This document shows positions 41,638 through 51,090 of a stretch of DNA of 64,000 bases, piece after piece (position 1 is the first letter of the stretch; each line of letters opens with the position of its first letter). The notes beneath the pieces were generated by a model. That model was not told the DNA's origin. It saw nothing but the letters and a program-made list of their open reading frames with translations, and did not search any database. A program made the position numbers and the translations under genes. The stretch is from Spirochaetia bacterium. GTDB lineage: Bacteria > Spirochaetota > Spirochaetia > SZUA-6 > Bin103. The stretch lies in NCBI GenBank assembly GCA_965203055.1, contig OZ241863.1:2528001-2592000 (forward strand), written 5' to 3'.

Positions 41638-41904
41638 TCAGTCAAGGGACAAACGCCGCGCGGCGGCATCACGCTCGGCGGCGTTCTCGCGCTCCCACCT
41701 CTCCAGGTCCACGTTGCGCTCACGCACGGAAGCCTGCAGTCGCTCAAGGGCGACGAGTGCCGGGGTGTCATCGGACGCCGCACCGCGAATTGCGCGCCGC
41801 AATACTTCGGACTTCGACACACGCCAGCGGCGCGCCAGCTCTTCCAACGTGTGCACCGACTCTACGTCCAACGAGTAGGTCGCCTTGATCACGGTTTCGG
41901 CCAT
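41638..41904 (-). CDS. Ribbon-helix-helix (CopG-like) antitoxin
   Basis: IKATYSLD..LEELARRWRVSKSEVLRRAI, directly upstream of the PIN gene, with its own TTGACG-N18-TACTCT promoter. Confidence 0.85.
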   Translation of the reverse strand: MAETVIKATYSLDVESVHTLEELARRWRVSKSEVLRRAIRGAASDDTPALVALERLQASVRERNVDLERWERENAAERDAAARRLSLD

Positions 41905-42102
41905 AGTTCAGAGTACACGCCAAGCTCTATGCGCGTCAAACGCGACGATGAGACGATAAGCGGTGGCCCGGAGCATGTCTGCGACGAAGGGGCGGCGAGT
42001 CTACAGACGGTTGAGGCGGCGTGGCGGGGGGCCGGCGATGCCGGTTGCTGGCCAGCGCAGGGCCCCACTCAGGGGCCGCGCTGGAGGTCTTGGCTTGAAG
42101 GT

Positions 42103-42175
42103 TAGCAGGGGCAGGATTCGAACCTGCGACCTCCGGGTTATGAGCCCGACGAGCTGCCAACTGCTCTACCCTGCG
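42103..42175 (-). tRNA. Initiator tRNA-fMet(CAT)
   Basis: CGCAGGGTAGAGCAGTTGGCAGCTCGTCGGGCTCATAACCCGGAGGTCGCAGGTTCGAATCCTGCCCCTGCTA; unpaired C1 and GGG/CCC pairs in the anticodon stem. Confidence 0.95.
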
Positions 42176-42277
42176 TCGTGGAGGTCAAGATACCACCGTT
42201 TGACCTCCCCCGTCAAGTCCTGCGAAACGAAACAACGGCGGGCGGGACGGTGGACCTGGCCCCCCGGATGCTGCCGC

Positions 42278-42487
42278 CTAGTACTTCTTGGCGACGGTGA
42301 GCTTGCGCTGCTTCTTGAGACGCTTGCGCTCGAGTGCCTTGCGCTTCTTGTTGCGGATGGTCGAAGGCTTTTCGAAGTACTCGCGGCGCTTCCACTCGCG
42401 GACGATGCCTTCCCGCTCCACCATCCGCTTGAAGCGCTTGAGCGCTTTCTCGAGCAGCTCGTCTTCTCCGACGACTACGTGTGCGAT
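42278..42487 (-). CDS. rpsU: 30S ribosomal protein S21 (non-canonical ATC start)
   Basis: Manual translation: (M)[49 protein letters not shown]...KKY*. GGAGG lies 8 nt upstream of ATC. Missed by the ORF track. Confidence 0.93.
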   Translation of the reverse strand: MAHVVVGEDELLEKALKRFKRMVEREGIVREWKRREYFEKPSTIRNKKRKALERKRLKKQRKLTVAKKY

Positions 42488-42518
42488 GAGCTATTCCTCC
42501 CGTGAGTCCCCAGACTCA

Positions 42519-43679
42519 CTACGGAACTATAACCATGGGGGCCGGGGAGGTGTCAACCAGCGCCGCCGCGGCCACCGCGTCCGGATCGATGGCCACCCCG
42601 CCGGCGCGCACCTCCCAGTGCAGATGGGGGCCGGTGGCCAGACCGGTGCTGCCGACGGTGCCCACCACCGCCCCGGGGGCCACGCGCTGGCCCTCCCGCA
42701 CCAGGAGCCGCGACAAGTGGTAGTACAGCGAGTAGACGCCGGGCAGGTGTTCGATCACCACCGAGAGCCCGGTGACGATGCGCGCCCTGGCCATCATTAC
42801 CGTGCCGCCGCCGGCGGCCGCCACCGCGGTACCCTCCGGGGCCGCGAAGTCGATGCCGTTGTGAATCGAGAAGTCCACGCTGCCGTCCTGGTAGCGAAAG
42901 GTGCGCCGGTCGCCGAAACCGGAGGTGCGCCGTACCGCGCCCAACGGCAACCGCAGCGGCCCCAGGTGGCGGTGCGCCTCCGCGCGCCAGGAGGAGAGCA
43001 GGCGCCACAGTTCGCGCGACTGTTCCTCGCGCCGGGGATCCGGCGACCGCCGCAGCGACGACAGGTCGGCGCGCAACGGGATCTCCTCCTCGGCGAACGC
43101 GCGCCGGCCGATGCTCAACGGTTGCGCCAGCAGCAGCCGCAACGCGCCCGGCCCCGCGGCGCCGGCGCTGCGGCCCGCTACCTGCAGCCGGGCAGTTCCC
43201 TCGGCAAAGGTACTCGGAATCCCGATCAGGGCCGCCCACGAGTCGCCGGACGAGTCCGCGGCGACGGCAAAGCCGCGCCCGGTGACCCGCTCCGGGCCCG
43301 GCAACTCGACGTTGACCGTAAGCTCGGCGAGCGGGACTTCGCTGGCCACGAACACCCGCACCGGGCCTCCCGGCGCAGCGGCGCGCGGCGCCGCCAACCG
43401 GGGCCAGGGCGGCGGCCCCGACCCGCCGTAATGCAGGAACAGACCCGTATCCGGCACCAGCCGCCGCGCCGCAACCTGATACCGGGAGCCGGGAGAGCAC
43501 CACACCGCCAACCCCGCTTCCACCAGTTGGCGGCCGTCCGGTCCGACTACCGGCAGCAGGAACGCCGCCTCCGGGGCGGCGGGGGCCGGAACCGCAAGCG
43601 ACTGCGCCAACGGCCCGACTGCCGGCGCCGCGCAGACCACCGCGGCCGCCAGCAGCGTGCGCCAGCCGCGCCCCGCCAT
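42519..43679 (-). CDS. M23 family metallopeptidase
   Basis: Signal peptide, HNGIDF, YYHLS, GSTGLATGPHLHWE. Confidence 0.9.
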   Translation of the reverse strand: MAGRGWRTLLAAAVVCAAPAVGPLAQSLAVPAPAAPEAAFLLPVVGPDGRQLVEAGLAVWCSPGSRYQVAARRLVPDTGLFLHYGGSGPPPWPRLAAPRAAAPGGPVRVFVASEVPLAELTVNVELPGPERVTGRGFAVAADSSGDSWAALIGIPSTFAEGTARLQVAGRSAGAAGPGALRLLLAQPLSIGRRAFAEEEIPLRADLSSLRRSPDPRREEQSRELWRLLSSWRAEAHRHLGPLRLPLGAVRRTSGFGDRRTFRYQDGSVDFSIHNGIDFAAPEGTAVAAAGGGTVMMARARIVTGLSVVIEHLPGVYSLYYHLSRLLVREGQRVAPGAVVGTVGSTGLATGPHLHWEVRAGGVAIDPDAVAAAALVDTSPAPMVIVP

Positions 43680-45787
43680 CAGCGCTCCAGATCCAGAATC
43701 GTGAGCTGCAAGGTCTCCATCTGATTGTAGCGCGAGCGGGTGAGCCGAAACACGATGTTGACGCGGTCGCCGGCCTTGAACTCGGTACCCACCTTGTCGG
43801 CCGCATTCCAGTACAAGCCGGGCCAACGGTAGCCGCCGGCGTCGAGCAGCAACTTGGCGTGCGCCGGCTGCCCCTTGCCCACCAACTCCACCTGCAGGAT
43901 CGGCACGCCGCGCATCAGGAATGCCAACGGGCGGTGGCCGGCGCCGTAGGGCGCAAACAGATCCGCGGTCTGCCACACCTGCGGGGCGAGGTAGGCCGGC
44001 GGAATCTCGGCATCCACGGTCCGGGCCGCGGCCTGCGGCGGCTCCACCGCGTCGATCATCTCCGCCAGCTCCTGCAGCCGTTGCGCCAACTGCGGCAGCC
44101 GCTCCGAGGTCAGATTGAACCCGCCGGCCATGGCGTGGCCGCCCCAGCGCGGCAACAGGTCATCCATCGGTCCCAGCAGGTCGGGCACCGGCAGCCCCGG
44201 CAGGGTGCGTACCGAGCCGCTCGCCTCCTCGCCCTGGTCGGCCACCACGATCGCCGGGGCACGAAACGCGTCCACCAACCGGGCCGCCAGCATGCCGGTC
44301 ACGCCGCGCGGCAGTTGCCGGTCGATGACCCACACCAACTTGCCGCCGGAACGGTCGTAGCTCTCGCGGGCGCCGGGCTGCGCGCGGGTCCAGGCTTCGT
44401 CGGCCACCGTCCGGCGCCGTTGATTGAGCTTCACCAACTGCTCGGTCAAGTCGCGCGCCTCCGCTTCGTCGGCGGTCAGCAACAGGCGCACCGCCAGCGG
44501 GGCCTCGCCCATGCGGCCGGGGGCGTTCAACACCGGCGACAGGTGAAACGAGACGTCGATGGTGGTGAGGTCGCGGCCATATAGATTGACGCGCGCCAGC
44601 AGCTCGCGGAGCCCGGCCCGCCGCGTGGCGGTCAGAACCCGCAATCCGCGCTTGACCAGGATCCGGTTTTCGTCACGCAGCGGCATCAGGTCGGCGATGG
44701 TGGAGAGCGCCACCAGGTCGAGCGCGTCCTCGCCGCCGGCCATCAACTCCGGGTGGCGGCGCAACGCCACCACGGTGAACATCTCCGCCAGCAGGTCGAG
44801 CTCGCTGCAGGTTCCGTCGCTGTAGCGCGCCAGCTTGCTGCCTTCGCGCAGTTGCAGCAGCGACTTGCCGGCGGCCGGAGGATGCACCGCCGCCAGTTCG
44901 GGAGCCAGATCATGAACGTACAGGTCCACTGCGCCGCAGGCGCGGGCCAGCAGGCTGCGCACCAGCGCCGCGTCGTACACCAGGATTTCGCAACCGGCGG
45001 CGAACTCGGCCAGCCGCTCCGCGGCCGGGGCGCCGGCCCCCGGGTTGACGGTCTCGAACAGGCCGGGCCCGCGCACCAGGTTGGTCAGCTTGACCGCCTC
45101 GATCACCACGCTGTCGTTCAGCGGGCGCACGTTGAGCAGGCACACGGTCTCGCCGAACAGCGCGGTGCGGGCGAAGCGCAGCGCCCAGGCCAGCTTCCAC
45201 ACCACGCCGCAGGCCGACAGCTCCGGGAACGGATAGGAGGAGTCGGTCAGCTTGGGGTCCACCACCAGCGCGGCGGGCACCTCGCTCAGCGGCTCGTGGT
45301 GATCCACCACGATCACCTCCAGGCCGCGCTCCTGCGCCGCGGCAATCTCGGCCGTGGCGGTGACGCCGCAGTCCACGGTGATCAGCAGCCGCACCTCGGA
45401 GGCGGCCAACTCCTCGATCAGCGCCGGCGTCAGGCCGTAGGGGGCATCTCCTTCCGGCAGCCGCCAGCTCACCGAGGCGCCCATTCCCTGCAAGGTTTCC
45501 ACCATCAGCGCCGTGGAGGTGACCCCATCCACGTCGCGGTCGCCGAACACCAACATCGGCTCCTCGGCCGCCACCGCGTCGATGATGCGCTGCACCGCCG
45601 CGGCGATGCTCGGCAGGGTGAAGGGATTGTGCAGGTAGTGAGCGTCCTCCTCGATCAGATAGCGGACCGAACGAGGGTCGCTGAGCCCGCGGCGCAGGAG
45701 AATCGAGCTCACCAGCGGGTCGAGGCGGTAGCGCGCGGCAATGCGCTTCACCTCGCCGGCGTCGACTTCAGTCTTGGACCAATCCAC
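43679..45787 (-). CDS. recJ: ssDNA-specific exonuclease RecJ
   Basis: GDRDVDG, TVDCG, DHH, TIADLMPL..ENR, GGHAMAGG. Confidence 0.95.
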   Translation of the reverse strand: MDWSKTEVDAGEVKRIAARYRLDPLVSSILLRRGLSDPRSVRYLIEEDAHYLHNPFTLPSIAAAVQRIIDAVAAEEPMLVFGDRDVDGVTSTALMVETLQGMGASVSWRLPEGDAPYGLTPALIEELAASEVRLLITVDCGVTATAEIAAAQERGLEVIVVDHHEPLSEVPAALVVDPKLTDSSYPFPELSACGVVWKLAWALRFARTALFGETVCLLNVRPLNDSVVIEAVKLTNLVRGPGLFETVNPGAGAPAAERLAEFAAGCEILVYDAALVRSLLARACGAVDLYVHDLAPELAAVHPPAAGKSLLQLREGSKLARYSDGTCSELDLLAEMFTVVALRRHPELMAGGEDALDLVALSTIADLMPLRDENRILVKRGLRVLTATRRAGLRELLARVNLYGRDLTTIDVSFHLSPVLNAPGRMGEAPLAVRLLLTADEAEARDLTEQLVKLNQRRRTVADEAWTRAQPGARESYDRSGGKLVWVIDRQLPRGVTGMLAARLVDAFRAPAIVVADQGEEASGSVRTLPGLPVPDLLGPMDDLLPRWGGHAMAGGFNLTSERLPQLAQRLQELAEMIDAVEPPQAAARTVDAEIPPAYLAPQVWQTADLFAPYGAGHRPLAFLMRGVPILQVELVGKGQPAHAKLLLDAGGYRWPGLYWNAADKVGTEFKAGDRVNIVFRLTRSRYNQMETLQLTILDLER

Positions 45788-45796
45788 CGGCGGTAT

Positions 45797-46435
45797 TCAG
45801 GAGGCGCCGAGGGGCCGGACGGCCAGCGCCTCGTAGCGGGCGCCGGCGCGGTCGAGGCGGGACTCGAACAGCACCAGGCGGTCGAGAAGAAACCAGGCGC
45901 CCGACCAGGTGACCGGCGCGCGCGCGGTCCAGGTGCGCGCGCGGCGCACCCGGGCCACCGTGACGTGCGGCCGCGGCGGCCGGCGGTCCACCGGGAATCC
46001 GGCGCCCGCCGCCAGCCCGCGCATGCGCGCCAGGAAGTCGGTCAGCTCACCGGCGCCGCCGCCGAACACGGCGTGCAGTACCCGGGCCGGGCCATGCGGC
46101 GGCAGTTGGCCCAATCCCGTGAGCCGGCAGCGCAGCGGAACCATCTCTCTCAGGGCATCGCGGCGGCATAGCTCGCAGGCCCGCGCCAGGTCGCCGCCGG
46201 ACAGATTACCGAAGAAGTGCACCGTTACATGATAACCCGCCGGCGCCACCGGCCGCAGCGCGTCCGCGGCGGCCAGCAACGGGGCGCAACGCGCCGCCAA
46301 CTCGCGGCGCGCCGGCGGCGGCAGCGGCAGCGCCAGGAACACGCGGCGGGTGGACGGGTCCGGCCCGGACCTTGCCGGCCCGGACTCCGCCGGCACGCCC
46401 GCGCGGGCCCGGCTCACAGGAGGCCGCCGGCGCAT
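45797..46435 (-). CDS. thpR: RNA 2',3'-cyclic phosphodiesterase (2H family)
   Basis: RVFLAL, two HxT motifs (HVTVHF, PHVTVAR), LFES.L...GARY. Confidence 0.88.
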   Translation of the reverse strand: MRRRPPVSRARAGVPAESGPARSGPDPSTRRVFLALPLPPPARRELAARCAPLLAAADALRPVAPAGYHVTVHFFGNLSGGDLARACELCRRDALREMVPLRCRLTGLGQLPPHGPARVLHAVFGGGAGELTDFLARMRGLAAGAGFPVDRRPPRPHVTVARVRRARTWTARAPVTWSGAWFLLDRLVLFESRLDRAGARYEALAVRPLGAS

Positions 46436-47196
46436 CGCAACGAGTTGAGCGGCGCTTCCAGGCCGTGCTGGATCAGTTGCTGCAACGTCCGGCGCAGCCC
46501 TTCGCTGCCGGCGAACGGCTGCTGCGCGGCCTGCTCCAGGCGCAGGCCCGTGGTAGCGATGAGAAAGCGCCGCGCCGCCGGCTCCAGCCGCAGCCTGACC
46601 GCGGCGGCGGCCCCGGCAGCGCCGGCGGAGGCGCATTGCCGGCACCAGCCCTCCCCGCTCGCCGCCAGACGCAGCTCCTCGTCCGGCGCCAGCGCCCGCC
46701 CGCAGCCGGCGCAGTGCTCCAGGTCGGGGGCGAGGCCCAGGAGCTGCAGGCAGCGCCACAGCACGTGCACCGACACCGCCCCGACCCGACTCGAACCGGC
46801 CTCGTCGAGGGCGCCGAGTCCGGCCGCCAGCAGGCCGTGCAGCGCCGCGGCCTCGCCGCCCCCGCCGTGGCTGCGCAACACGATCTCCACCCACAGCGAG
46901 GCGGTGAAGAACTTGGCGAGGTCGGCGCGGATCGCGGCGTGCAGGTTGCGCGGTTCCACGTCGGTCACCTTGAAGGAATCGCGCACCGGATCGTGATAGA
47001 GATAGGCGGTGACGCAGGCGAAGGGGATGGCCGCCGCCTTCAGCTTGCTGGCCGCCTTGCCGGCGCCGTGCGCGGTCGCGTACACCACTCCCCGCCGGGG
47101 GGTGAACAGCGCGACGCTGCGGTGGATCTCACCCATGCGCGCCGCCTTCAGCACCACGGCCGACTCGATCGAGTTGCGGCGCCGATTCGACGGCAT
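46414..47196 (-). CDS. recO: DNA repair protein RecO
   Basis: AVVLK..MGEIHR...FTP..G OB-fold start and Zn finger CAGC...CRQC. Confidence 0.85.
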   Translation of the reverse strand: MPSNRRRNSIESAVVLKAARMGEIHRSVALFTPRRGVVYATAHGAGKAASKLKAAAIPFACVTAYLYHDPVRDSFKVTDVEPRNLHAAIRADLAKFFTASLWVEIVLRSHGGGGEAAALHGLLAAGLGALDEAGSSRVGAVSVHVLWRCLQLLGLAPDLEHCAGCGRALAPDEELRLAASGEGWCRQCASAGAAGAAAAVRLRLEPAARRFLIATTGLRLEQAAQQPFAGSEGLRRTLQQLIQHGLEAPLNSLRCAGGLL

Positions 47197-47287
47197 GGCG
47201 CAGCTTAGCCGCGGCCCCGCCGCGGGATCAACGGCTGCGGCGCGGAAACCTTGACTTGGCCTGCCCGCGGCACTACTTTCAATCCGC

Positions 47288-49669
47288 ATGGAGCATCGGC
47301 AGATCATCCCCGCCGATACGGTTCTCCCGCCCAAACTTACCATCCTGCCGCTGCCCAATTCTCCCATGTTCCCCGGCGTCTTCACGCCGATGATGATTCC
47401 CGAGGGACGCGGCGAGGAAGTGGTGCGCCAGGCGCTCAACGGCGACGGCTGCGTCGGTCTGGTGCTGGTCCGCGCCGCCGGCGGCTCCGAGGACGCTCCC
47501 GAACCGCCCGAGGCAGCGCGCGGCGCGGACCTCCATGAGGTCGGTACGGCCGCCAAGATAGTACGCAAGATCAACCTGCCCGACGGCGGCATCAACATCT
47601 TCGTCTCCACCCTCAGACGGTTTCGCATCGCCAAGTTTCTGCACCCGGCCACCCCTCTGGTAGCCGCGGTCGAGTATCTCGACAACACCAACCTGGACTC
47701 CATCGAGGTGCGCGCGCTGACGCGCGCCCTGATCGCCGAGATGAAGCAGGTCTCGGAAAACAACCCCCTGTTTTCCGAGGAGATGCGGCTCAACATGGTG
47801 AACATCGACCACCCCGGAAAGATCGCCGACTTCGTAGCCTCGATTCTCAACATAGCGGCCGTCGAGAAGCAGCGAATACTGGAGACGGTGGACGTGCGGG
47901 AGCGCATGGAGAAGGTCCTGGTCTTCATCAAGAAGGAGCAGGAGCTGCTCCGCATCCAGAAGAAGATCCAGAATCAGCTCAACGAGAAGATCGAGAAGAG
48001 TCAGCGCGAGTATTTCCTCAAGGAGCAGCTCAAGGCGATCAAGAGCGAGCTGGGCATGCCGGTCGACGCCAAGTCCAACGAGCATCAACGCCTCCGGGAA
48101 GCGTTCGAGAAGCTCGATCTGCGCGGCGAGGCGAAAGAGCGCGTGGACGACGAGATGGAGAAGTTCGCGCTGATGGATCCCAGTTCGGCCGAGTTCGTGG
48201 TGACCCGCAACTACCTGGAGACGATCGCGGCGCTGCCGTGGGGCGATCCCGAGCCGAAGCCGGTGGACTTGATCCGCGCCCGGCGCCGGTTGGACCGCGA
48301 CCACTACGGCCTGGAAGACGTCAAGGAGCGGATTCTGGAGTTCCTGGCGGTCGCCAAGTTGACTGCCGAGGGGACCGGCCGCGGGAGCTGGCGCGGCTCG
48401 ATCATCTGCCTGGCCGGGCCGCCGGGGGTGGGCAAGACCTCGGTCGGCAAGTCCATTGCCGGAGCCCTGGGACGCGCCTTCTTCCGCTTCTCGGTGGGTG
48501 GCATGCGCGACGAGGCGGAGATCAAGGGGCACCGCCGAACCTACGTAGGAGCGATGCCGGGCAAGGTGATCCAGGGCCTGCGCATCGTCAAGACGCGCGA
48601 CCCCGTGTTCATGATCGACGAGATCGACAAGCTCGGCGTGTCGTTTCAGGGGGATCCGTCGTCGGCCTTGCTGGAAGTGCTGGATGCGGAACAGAACGCC
48701 GCGTTCCGAGATCACTACCTCGATCTGCCGTTCGACATTTCGGCGGTCATGTTCATTGCCACCGCCAACACGCTGGACACGATTCCCGCCCCGCTGCTGG
48801 ACCGCATGGAAGTGATCCGCCTGTCCGGTTACATCGAACAGGAGAAGGTCCACATCGCGCGCCGCTACCTGATTCCGAAGTCGCTGCGGCGGGCCGGTCT
48901 CGACAAGGGCCGGATCAAGTACGATGCGGGATCGCTGCGGGCCATACCCGGCAACTGGGCGCGTGAGGCGGGCGTGCGCAACTACGAAAAGGCGCTCGAC
49001 CGAATCCATCGCAAGATCGCCAAGCAGGTAATGTTGGAAACCGTGGAGTTGCCGCTCAGGATTACGCGCGAGAGGTTGCCGGAGTACCTCGGCAAGCCGC
49101 TGTTCGTGGAGGAGGAGCGCAACCGGATCACCGCCCCGGGGATGGTGATGGGGCTGGCCTGGACGGCGCTCGGCGGCGCCGTGTTGATGGTGGAGGCGGT
49201 TGCCAATCGGGGACGCGGCGGCATCAAGCTGACCGGCAAGATGGGCGAAGTGATGCAGGAATCGGCCAACATCGCGTACACCTGGGTGCGGCTGGTAGCG
49301 GGCCTCCACGCCATCGAGCCCGGCTACTTCGACGAGCACCTGATTCACCTCCATATTCCCGCCGGGGCGACCCCGAAGGATGGTCCTTCGGCCGGTATCA
49401 CGATGGCCTGCGCGCTGCTTTCGCTGGTGCGGCGGAAGAAGGTCCGGCAGTCGCTGGCGATGACCGGGGAGCTGTCGCTGGTGGGCAAGGTGCTTCCCGT
49501 CGGCGGTCTGAAGGAGAAGGTGATCGCCGCCAAGCGCAACAAGGTGAAGGAGATCATCATGCCGCAGGCCAACGCGAAGGACCTCGACGAAATCCCCGAG
49601 AACGTACGCAAGGGCATCCTCTTTACGCCGGTGGACTCGATGGATGCCGTCGTGTCCAGGCTCTTTTGA
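47288..49669 (+). CDS. lon: Lon (La) ATP-dependent protease
   Basis: LON N domain, GPPGVGKT, IDEIDK, PKDGPSAG, GGLKEK; promoter TTGACT-N17-TACTTT at 47251-47279. Confidence 0.97.
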   Translation: MEHRQIIPADTVLPPKLTILPLPNSPMFPGVFTPMMIPEGRGEEVVRQALNGDGCVGLVLVRAAGGSEDAPEPPEAARGADLHEVGTAAKIVRKINLPDGGINIFVSTLRRFRIAKFLHPATPLVAAVEYLDNTNLDSIEVRALTRALIAEMKQVSENNPLFSEEMRLNMVNIDHPGKIADFVASILNIAAVEKQRILETVDVRERMEKVLVFIKKEQELLRIQKKIQNQLNEKIEKSQREYFLKEQLKAIKSELGMPVDAKSNEHQRLREAFEKLDLRGEAKERVDDEMEKFALMDPSSAEFVVTRNYLETIAALPWGDPEPKPVDLIRARRRLDRDHYGLEDVKERILEFLAVAKLTAEGTGRGSWRGSIICLAGPPGVGKTSVGKSIAGALGRAFFRFSVGGMRDEAEIKGHRRTYVGAMPGKVIQGLRIVKTRDPVFMIDEIDKLGVSFQGDPSSALLEVLDAEQNAAFRDHYLDLPFDISAVMFIATANTLDTIPAPLLDRMEVIRLSGYIEQEKVHIARRYLIPKSLRRAGLDKGRIKYDAGSLRAIPGNWAREAGVRNYEKALDRIHRKIAKQVMLETVELPLRITRERLPEYLGKPLFVEEERNRITAPGMVMGLAWTALGGAVLMVEAVANRGRGGIKLTGKMGEVMQESANIAYTWVRLVAGLHAIEPGYFDEHLIHLHIPAGATPKDGPSAGITMACALLSLVRRKKVRQSLAMTGELSLVGKVLPVGGLKEKVIAAKRNKVKEIIMPQANAKDLDEIPENVRKGILFTPVDSMDAVVSRLF

Positions 49670-50502
49670 CGCGGCTGCTGCGGAACTGCGCGGCGCGCGC
49701 CGCGGCGCTCCGCCTGCTGGCGGCGGTAGCAGTCGGCGGATTGACCGCCGGGTGCGCGGACCCGGAACCGCCGCCGCGGCTGCACCCCGCGTTCTCGATT
49801 ACCATGCCGGACCTGGAGGAGGTCCTGGACGCGGTCGAGCCGGCCAGCGCGGAACGGATGCGCGCGCGGCCGCAGGTGTTCCTGGACCTGATGGAACAGA
49901 TGCTGCAGGCCGCGGAGCCGCTGCACCGGCTGGTCGACAAGCAGCACCCGCTCGAGGCGGACTACGTTCCCGCCGACTTGGTGGCGGTGGAACGCTATCC
50001 GATCGCCGCCAGCCGCGCCGGGCATCGCCTGGCGCGCCTCATCATGCCCGACCTGCTGGCCATGGTGGAGGCGGCGCGCGGCGCCGGCATCGAGCTGCTG
50101 GTCTCTTCCGCATACCGTTCGTACGAGTATCAGGCGGGCCTGTACGACCGCCACGTGGAGCGGATCGGGAAGGCTGCCGCCGACCGGGTGTCAGCCCGTC
50201 CCGGTCACTCCCAGCACCAGTTGGGGACCACCATCGACTTCGGCTCGATCGCCTCCGGCTACGGCGACACCCCGAACGGGCGCTGGCTGGCGGCGCATGC
50301 CTGGCGCTTCGGCTTCTCCCTCTCCTACCCGGCCGGCTATGAGGAGCTCACCGGCTACGATTACGAGCCGTGGCACTTCCGCTACCTCGGCCGGGTCGGC
50401 ACCATCCTGGAACGGCAGTTCTTCGGCAGCCTGCAGCAGCGGTTCCTGGAGTTCCTCGCGGAGTGGGCGTGGTGGTTCCAGCTACGCCTGCTCGCCCCGT
50501 AG
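49666..50502 (+). CDS. M15B (VanY-like) D-Ala-D-Ala carboxypeptidase lipoprotein
   Basis: SAYRSY..Q, ARPGHSQHQLGTTID, YEPWHFRY; lipobox TAGC. Confidence 0.9.
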   Translation: MTRLLRNCAARAAALRLLAAVAVGGLTAGCADPEPPPRLHPAFSITMPDLEEVLDAVEPASAERMRARPQVFLDLMEQMLQAAEPLHRLVDKQHPLEADYVPADLVAVERYPIAASRAGHRLARLIMPDLLAMVEAARGAGIELLVSSAYRSYEYQAGLYDRHVERIGKAAADRVSARPGHSQHQLGTTIDFGSIASGYGDTPNGRWLAAHAWRFGFSLSYPAGYEELTGYDYEPWHFRYLGRVGTILERQFFGSLQQRFLEFLAEWAWWFQLRLLAP

Positions 50503-51078
50503 CCGGGCTGCGCTGACCGCCGCGGCGCCGGCGCGCAGGATGCGCGGCGGCGCTACCGTAGCGTCCACGATGGTGGAGGGCGCGGCCGCGGTCACCGCAC
50601 CGTCGTCCACGATCAGCTCCACGCGGCCGCCGAACGCCGCCCGCAGCGCCGCCGGCTCGCCGAGCGGCGGCTCGCCGGCGCGGTTGGCGCTGGTCGAGTA
50701 GAGCGGCGCGCCGACCGCGGTGATGATGGCGCGCAGCGCCGGGTCGGCCGGCACCCGTACGGCCAGGCTGGCCGCGCCGGCCGCGACCGGGCTTGGCGCG
50801 GGCTGCGCCACCGGCAGCACGATGGTCAACGGGCCGGGCCACAGCGCGGCCAGAGCCGGCGGCGGGGCGGTGCCGGTGACGGCCTCGGCGGCGCGCGCGC
50901 CGGCCACCAGCACCAGCAGCGGCTTGGCGGCGTCCGCGCGGCCCTTGAGCGCGGCCAGGCGCGCGCCGGTGGCGGGCGCCACCCCGTGCAGGCCGTACAC
51001 CGTGTCGCTGCGCATGGCGACGATGCCCCGGCGCCGCAGCACGGCGCAGATCTCCTCGTGGCGGGGATGCAGGTTCAT
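50482..51078 (-). CDS. tsaC: L-threonylcarbamoyladenylate synthase (TsaC/Sua5)
   Basis: DTVYGL, LKGR...KPL, WPGPLT, STSAN, PSTIVD, LRAGA. Confidence 0.88.
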   Translation of the reverse strand: MNLHPRHEEICAVLRRRGIVAMRSDTVYGLHGVAPATGARLAALKGRADAAKPLLVLVAGARAAEAVTGTAPPPALAALWPGPLTIVLPVAQPAPSPVAAGAASLAVRVPADPALRAIITAVGAPLYSTSANRAGEPPLGEPAALRAAFGGRVELIVDDGAVTAAAPSTIVDATVAPPRILRAGAAAVSAARLRGEQA

Positions 51079-51090
51079 CTCGAAGCGCCC

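Noticed and set aside
32813..42125. attL/attR duplication of a tRNA 3' end
   Set aside because: No second copy of either tRNA 3' end was found by eye, and no integrase is present.
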